A DNA stretch of 64,000 bases from the human T2T-CHM13v2.0 reference genome, Homo sapiens: NCBI RefSeq assembly GCF_009914755.1, contig NC_060935.1. One strand, given 5' to 3'. The notes beneath the pieces are model-generated. The model was not told the origin of the DNA. It made no database searches and saw only the letters and a program-made list of their open reading frames with translations. This document shows, one piece after another, positions 56,995-64,000 of the stretch. Each line of letters opens with the position of its first letter. The first letter of the stretch is position 1. Position numbers and translations under genes: made by a program.

Positions 56995-57330
56995 TCTATA
57001 AATATATATATATATATAAATATAAATATATTGCAATGCTTAAAATATATACACATGCATATATATACACACACATATATACATGTTTACACATGCATAT
57101 ATATACACATATATACACATGCATATATATATACATGCATATATATAAAATATATTGCAATGCTTAAAATATATACACATGCATATATACACACACATAT
57201 ATACATATCTACACATGCATTTATATACACACACATATATACATATCTACACATGCATATATATACACACATATACATATATACACACGCATATAAACAT
57301 ATATACACACTCATATAATATATAATATTA
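56995..57330. repeat. (TA)/(CA)-rich compound repeat with a 124-bp higher-order duplication
   Basis: TTGCAATGCTTAAAATATATACACATGCAT at 57031 and 57155. Confidence 0.88.
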
Positions 57331-58989
57331 TGAATAAGTAAATAGAATCTAGAATAATACAAACTTCCACATTTTTTTCTTCCATGCTGAAAGTCATGTT
57401 CTACTCAGTCCAGTATTTTATGAAGTTTCAGTGCATTTAATGATAAGTGTTTACAAACCTTTTTTTGAAGCTTATTACTTAATAGTGAAAGACACAATCA
57501 GAGAAATGCATATTCTTTCTGCTGCAATAAAAATGACTGAAAATATACGCTGAAAACAATAAGTCAGGCTTCCTGTCTCAGCCAGTAATGTCAGGAAGCT
57601 TGTATAAAACATTGCTGAAGGTATGAAAAAACAGTATTAGAAAAAACATGCAATGTGGCAATATAATGGAGGTGCAGGCATTTATATAATCTCTTTGCTT
57701 ATTCTATTTACTAGATTCTGATTCAACAATGAAATAGAATAAGAACAAATTGTTTGTGTTCACAGGCCTTCCAAGCATATCAGATCAAATGACACATACC
57801 GGGTAGTACTTATTTATCCAGAAAAAAAACATACAAAAACCAGAGAAATCGCAGATACAGAGTTCTCTATCCAAGTTGGATGTCAGATTTTGGAAGAAGG
57901 GCCCTAGTCTTTCGACTATGTAACTTATGAAATCTATGGCTGCAGAAGTACCAGGGCCTCCTCTAGAAATGATCAGGCAGTGGGTTTCATCATCCATTTG
58001 TTGTTGTGTAATAAGGCAGACCAGTGAGACCACTGACCTTATCTGCCACTTCATTATTCTTAGTTGAGTGTACATCAGTCCCTCTAATGGTATAATCAGA
58101 GACTGCATTCCAAGCCTTGTTGATGAAGTTGTATAGTATGGTAAACCAGTATTCAGAAGCCCTGATTCACCATCTCATCATTCTATTTACACTGTATATC
58201 TATCTTAAGGAATGGTTGTCGTCAGTTTTAATAGAGAAAATTTCAGCTCACAAATGGTCCTGCTAAACAGGAAGTTAAGTCCTTCTCTGTCAGACTATTA
58301 TTCAAGGTATCAATCACGAACAAGTTATTTTCAGCTCTCAGAGCTACAAAAGGAAAGATTTATGGAGAAAACATTTATCCAACTCTAAATTTCTTCCTTA
58401 ATTTGAATAAAAATATTTTATAGTGAAAATTTAATTTTCTCCATTGATAGACCACCTTCTTTGACTGGAATCAAAAGTAATCAAGGGAAGAAATTTAGCA
58501 CCTATGGGCACTTGTAATTTCAATACCTGCTGCAATCAACTGAAAATGAGTGATTCAGTTATTCCATTGTCTATAAAGATATTCTAACTTATTTTTAATA
58601 CGATTAAGCATATAGGAGAATATTAACAAATCTTTTAAATGAGATGAATACTGATTATAATTTGTTTTCTGTCACACAAAGATTTGCTGATTATCTTGTG
58701 GCAAATGCTTACAGGAAGTGCTTACATATTTGTCTTATTTAAAAAGAAAAACGGTCAAAACTTTATAGTTTTTTGTGATAATCAGTGGTGGCAATTAGTA
58801 TGCCATTCGTTAGTTTCAGAAAACTAAGAAAGTAATTATGTAAATATTATTTTAAAATATATATGAACACATTACTTTTAAAAGAAATGTTGAAAATAGA
58901 AGATCTTGAAAACATTTCTATTTGCATAATTTTGTTGCTGAAAAAATATATCAGCCTATAAAAATTCTTAAATGTACATTTCAAACAAA

Positions 58990-60125
58990 TGTTTTAAAAT
59001 TACCTCACACAATACAATAATTCCAAATGTATCAAAGACCTAAATATAACAGCCAAAGTAATACAAATTTCCAGGAGGAAATAATTGTCACTTTAGGTTC
59101 AGCAATAATTTCTTAGCTATAACACCAAAAGCACAATCGTTTAATGCATAGAATGATTAATTGCACCTTCTTTATGATTAAAAACTTTGCTCTGAAAGAC
59201 ACCACTAAGAAAATAAAAATGAAATGCAAGTTACAGAGTAGGAGAAGACATTTGCAAATCACATATTTTTACAATGCTTGTATCCAGAATGCAAATCAAT
59301 AATAAGAACAACCCAATTTCCCTATTTTAATAATTGACAAAAGCTCTGGATAGATATTTAACCAAAAATATATACAAATAATTAATAAGCACATGAAAAG
59401 ATGCTTAATATTTTAGTCATATGGGAAATACAAATTAAAACCACAAAATGAATCAATACTGAATGACCATAATAAAAATTCTGAATGACTGTAATAAAAA
59501 TTCTGATAATATCAAATGTTAGCAAGTATATCCGGAAACTGATATACTCTTCCCTTGCTGGTAGGAATGCGGAAAGGCACATCCACTTTTAAAAACAGTT
59601 TGGGAGTTTTTTAAAAAGTTAAACATAAACTTGGTATGATCCAGCAACTCCCACACTAGGAATCTACTCAATAAAAATGATCACATGGATCTACCCAAAA
59701 ACTAATATGAATATGCAAATATTCATAGCAAAATGATTTATATTAACCCCAAATTGCAAACAATCTAAATGTTGTAAACTGATGAACAAAAAAACAAAAC
59801 GTGTTAACTTCATGTATATTATTTTATGAATGTACCTCAAAGCCATTATGCTAACCCAGACATAAAAGACATATTGTATGTTTCTAATTACATGAAATTC
59901 CTAGAAAAGAAAAACCTACCAAGACAGAGAAGAGATTGCTTGTCTAGAACTGTGGGCAGAAGCATGATTTTATTATAATGATAAGGAGACTTTCTGGAAT
60001 GAGGAAAATATTCCGTAGATGAATTAAGGTGAGAGTTGTACGACTCTAAAATGTATAACAAATCATTGAATTTTATACTTACACTAAGTGAATTTTATTG
60101 TGTGTAAATTATATCTCAATGCATA
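58990..60125 (+). mobile_element. L1MC/ME-type ORF2 3' end and 3'UTR
   Basis: CAAATGTATCAAAGACCTAAAT, AATAAGCACATGAAAAGATGCTTAAT, TGTAAATTATATCTCAAT. Confidence 0.75.
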
Positions 60126-60129
60126 AAGG

Positions 60130-62140
60130 AAGAAAAAATAACTTCAAAAAACAAATAAAGTAAAATAAAATCATTAAAATGTTTAATTTACTCCAAAGAA
60201 GGCAGAAAAACAGAAATTGTTAATAGAGGCAGAGAGAGAAAGAGAAAACAAATGACAAGATAAAACCTTTAAATCAACAATAGCAATAATTATATTAAAC
60301 ATAAAAGGTTAAATACTCCACTTAAAAAGTATGGGTAGTCAGTTCTTGTGATAGTTTGCTGAGAATGATGGTTTCCAGCTTCATCCATATCCCTGCAAAG
60401 GATATGAACTCATTCTTTTTTATGGCTAAACGTTATTCTCAGCAAACTATCACAAGAACAGAAAACCAAACACCACATGTTCTCACTCATAAGTGGGAAG
60501 TGAACAATGATAACACATGGACACAGGGAGGGAAACATCACACACCAGGGCCTAACAGGGGGTTGGGGGCTAGGGGAGGGATAGCATTAGGAGAAATACG
60601 TAATGTAGGTGACAGGTTGATGGATGCAGCAAACTACCGTGGCACCTGTATACCTCTGTAACAAAACTGCACGTTTTGCACATGTACCCCAGAACTTAAA
60701 ATATAATTTTTAAAAAGTATGGGTAGTCAGAATAATAAAAAGATAAAGCCCAGTGATATGCTGCCCCAAAGATATATACTATAAATATACAAAACCAATT
60801 GAAAGTAAGAATTGGACAATATATACCAGATACACCATAACACAAGGAAGCTGGTAAGTGTAAACGGAATATTATGTAATGATTAAATGATAACTAATAC
60901 AAATACATAGCCATCCTAAATGAGCATGCAATAAATAACAAAGCTTCAAAATACACTAAAAAACTGACAGAAACAAAATAAGAAATCAAAAAATCTACAA
61001 TAAATGTTGGAGATTTTAAGACCATACTCTTAGTAATTTTGAAAAACCAATGAGTATGTAGAAAATCTAATCAACACTCTGGAAAAACTTGCTCTTATGG
61101 ACAACTGCAGAACAGTATACCAATACTTCAGCATACACATTATTTTCACATGAAACATTCATCAAAATAGACTTTATGCTGGGTATAAAATTTTAAATTA
61201 TTAACAAGATATCTGGAAAGGCCAAAACAATTGAAAATTAAACAATGCACCTCTAAATAATCCATGAGTCAAACAAAAAACACAAGGAAGATTAGAAAAT
61301 ATTACATATTAAATGACAATAAAAATTCAAAGTATTATAATTTGTAAGCCCATCTAAAGCAGTGCTTATGAAGAAATTTATGATTTTAAGAAAGCAAAAG
61401 AGACTGAGAGTCAATTATGTCCATTTTCATCTTGAGAAATTAGAAAGAGTAAAATAAACCCAAAGAAAGTGGAATCAAGGATATAAAAATGATAAGACTT
61501 AGGGGTTAACAAAATAGAAGATGAACAACAGAGAAAACTAGGAAAGCCAAAACTTGGTTCTTTGAGAAGTTCAGCACATTTCATAAACAGCTAGCATGAC
61601 TAAAAATAGAGAGAGAAAAAACAGACATTACCAAGGTTAGAAATGAAAAAGAAATACACTATAGATACTGCTGGCATTAAAAGGATAATAAAGGAATATT
61701 ATGATCAACTTTTCGCTAACAAATTCAGCCACTTAGATGAAGTAGAGAAATGCCAATATAAGTTACTAAAAGTGATTTAAGAAGAAATGAAAAACCTGAA
61801 TAACCTTATGTGTATTTATGAAACTGAAATACAAATTTATGTAGTTCCTGCAAATGAAACACTTTCCAGGTAGTTTTACTGATGAATTTTTCAAACACTA
61901 AAGGAAGAAATTATAACAATTTTATTTAAAAAGTTTCAGACAATAAAGGAGAAGGAAACATTCCCTGATTTATCTCATGAGGACAGTAAAGCCAACAAAG
62001 GGAAAGATCTGACAAACACATTCTAAGGAAAGAAAATTGCAAACGTTCCTCACAAACATAACCACAAGTGTTTGCAAATTAAATCTAAAAATACATAAAA
62101 GGAATAAGACATCCTAGCCAAGTGGATTTTAGCCCAGAAC
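60130..62140 (+). mobile_element. ancient L1M ORF2 5' half (host of the L1PA below)
   Basis: GTTGGAGATTTTAAGACCATACTCT, AAAGCAGTGCTTA, TTGGTTCTTTGAGAAG, GGAATATTATGATCAACT. Confidence 0.75.
60343..60711 (+). mobile_element. short L1PA7/8-like insertion with 5' inversion
   Basis: Antisense 60343-60427, sense 60428-60706; perfect TSD AAAAAGTATGGGTAGTCAG at 60324-60342 and 60712-60730. Confidence 0.93.
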
Positions 62141-62199
62141 TTTCCTAAATGTCTAAACTTCTACTCTTAAAAACAATCAACCAGGAAAATGCAAAAAAC

Positions 62200-62795
62200 A
62201 AGCAACAGTGACAAAATGACAAATATCTTATATCCACAATATATAAAGATCTCTTACAGATCAATAATAAGACAAAAAGAGACTTCCTTCCAAAGAGTAT
62301 GGTATGGGAAGGCAAAGTTAGGTGGAAAATGACTCCACAGTGGAAAAAGCTGACAAACACTCCCTCAGCCAAGTGATTAAGGTCAAAATCAACAGTGATA
62401 AATCATGTTGAATGTATGTACCTTTGATATGTGATAAAAATGGGACTTTTCCTATATGACCTACCTCCCCAAAACTCATATTCCTTGTTTAGCCGTGAAA
62501 GTAAAATCAGACAAATGCCACCTCTGAGTGTATTCTGAAAATATCTGACCAGTACTTCTAAATATTCTTAAGGTCATCAAAAACAAGGAAGACTCAGAAA
62601 TTGTCACAGCTAAGGGGAACTCTAAAGAGATATAAATGCTAAAGGCAATATGGTATCCTGGATAAGATTCTAAAACATAAAAAGAACATTAGGGAAAAGC
62701 TAAAGAAATCTTAACAAATTACGGACCTAGGTTAATAATAATGCATCAGTATCATTAATGGTAACAAATGCAATATACGAATGAAAGATATTAAT
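62200..62795 (+). mobile_element. L1MC/MD-type 3'UTR fragment
   Basis: CAGTGGAAAAAGCTGACAAACACTCCCTCAGCCAAGTGATTAAGGTC, GGTCATCAAAAACAAGGAA, TGGTATCCTGGAT. Confidence 0.75.
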
Positions 62796-62796
62796 A

Positions 62797-64000
<1,204 letters not shown>

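Noticed and set aside
56878-57362. 146-aa and overlapping ORFs rich in Y/I/H/T/C/V/M
   Set aside because: Translations of the TA/CA microsatellite; the same applies to the ORFs at 25655-26013.
57698-57743. 12-bp inverted repeat CTTATTCTATTT / AAATAGAATAAG as a pre-miRNA or terminator
   Set aside because: Short AT-rich stem with a 22-nt loop; weak and plausible by chance in this composition.
57785-58108. 107-aa ORF in unique DNA as a novel small protein
   Set aside because: No recognisable domain, promoter or splice context; length is compatible with chance in 64 kb.

Overview
AT-rich primate (very probably human or great-ape) non-coding DNA dominated by transposable-element relics. I count about 20 Alu/FLAM copies and about 16 ERV1/ERVL/MaLR LTR pieces, ten of them packed into 22.2-39.1 kb. 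There are also many L1 fragments (a ~10-kb ancient L1 with nested insertions at 40.3-50.2 kb, plus three L1PA insertions), L2, MIR, L3/CR1, MER5 and Tigger3. I find no credible protein-coding gene, RNA gene, CpG island or CRISPR array. The listed ORFs are Alu/L1/LTR/microsatellite read-throughs or short chance ORFs. I see no evidence of a new biological system. The best-supported unusual structures record retrotransposition and repair events. (1) A short L1PA3-like insertion at 55682-56171 carries ~320 bp of 3'-transduced unique DNA, enclosed by a perfect 13-bp TSD. (2) Two L1s have 5' inversions, one with an unusually large duplicated overlap. (3) A near-perfect 194-bp tandem duplication lies at 4417-4808. 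(4) An AT-cored inverted-repeat (MITE-like) element lies at 6989-7239. (5) A dense, nested cluster of independent solo LTRs includes families co-opted elsewhere as placental/decidual regulatory elements. Subfamily names come from recalled consensus features, not a database search; boundaries of old elements are approximate.
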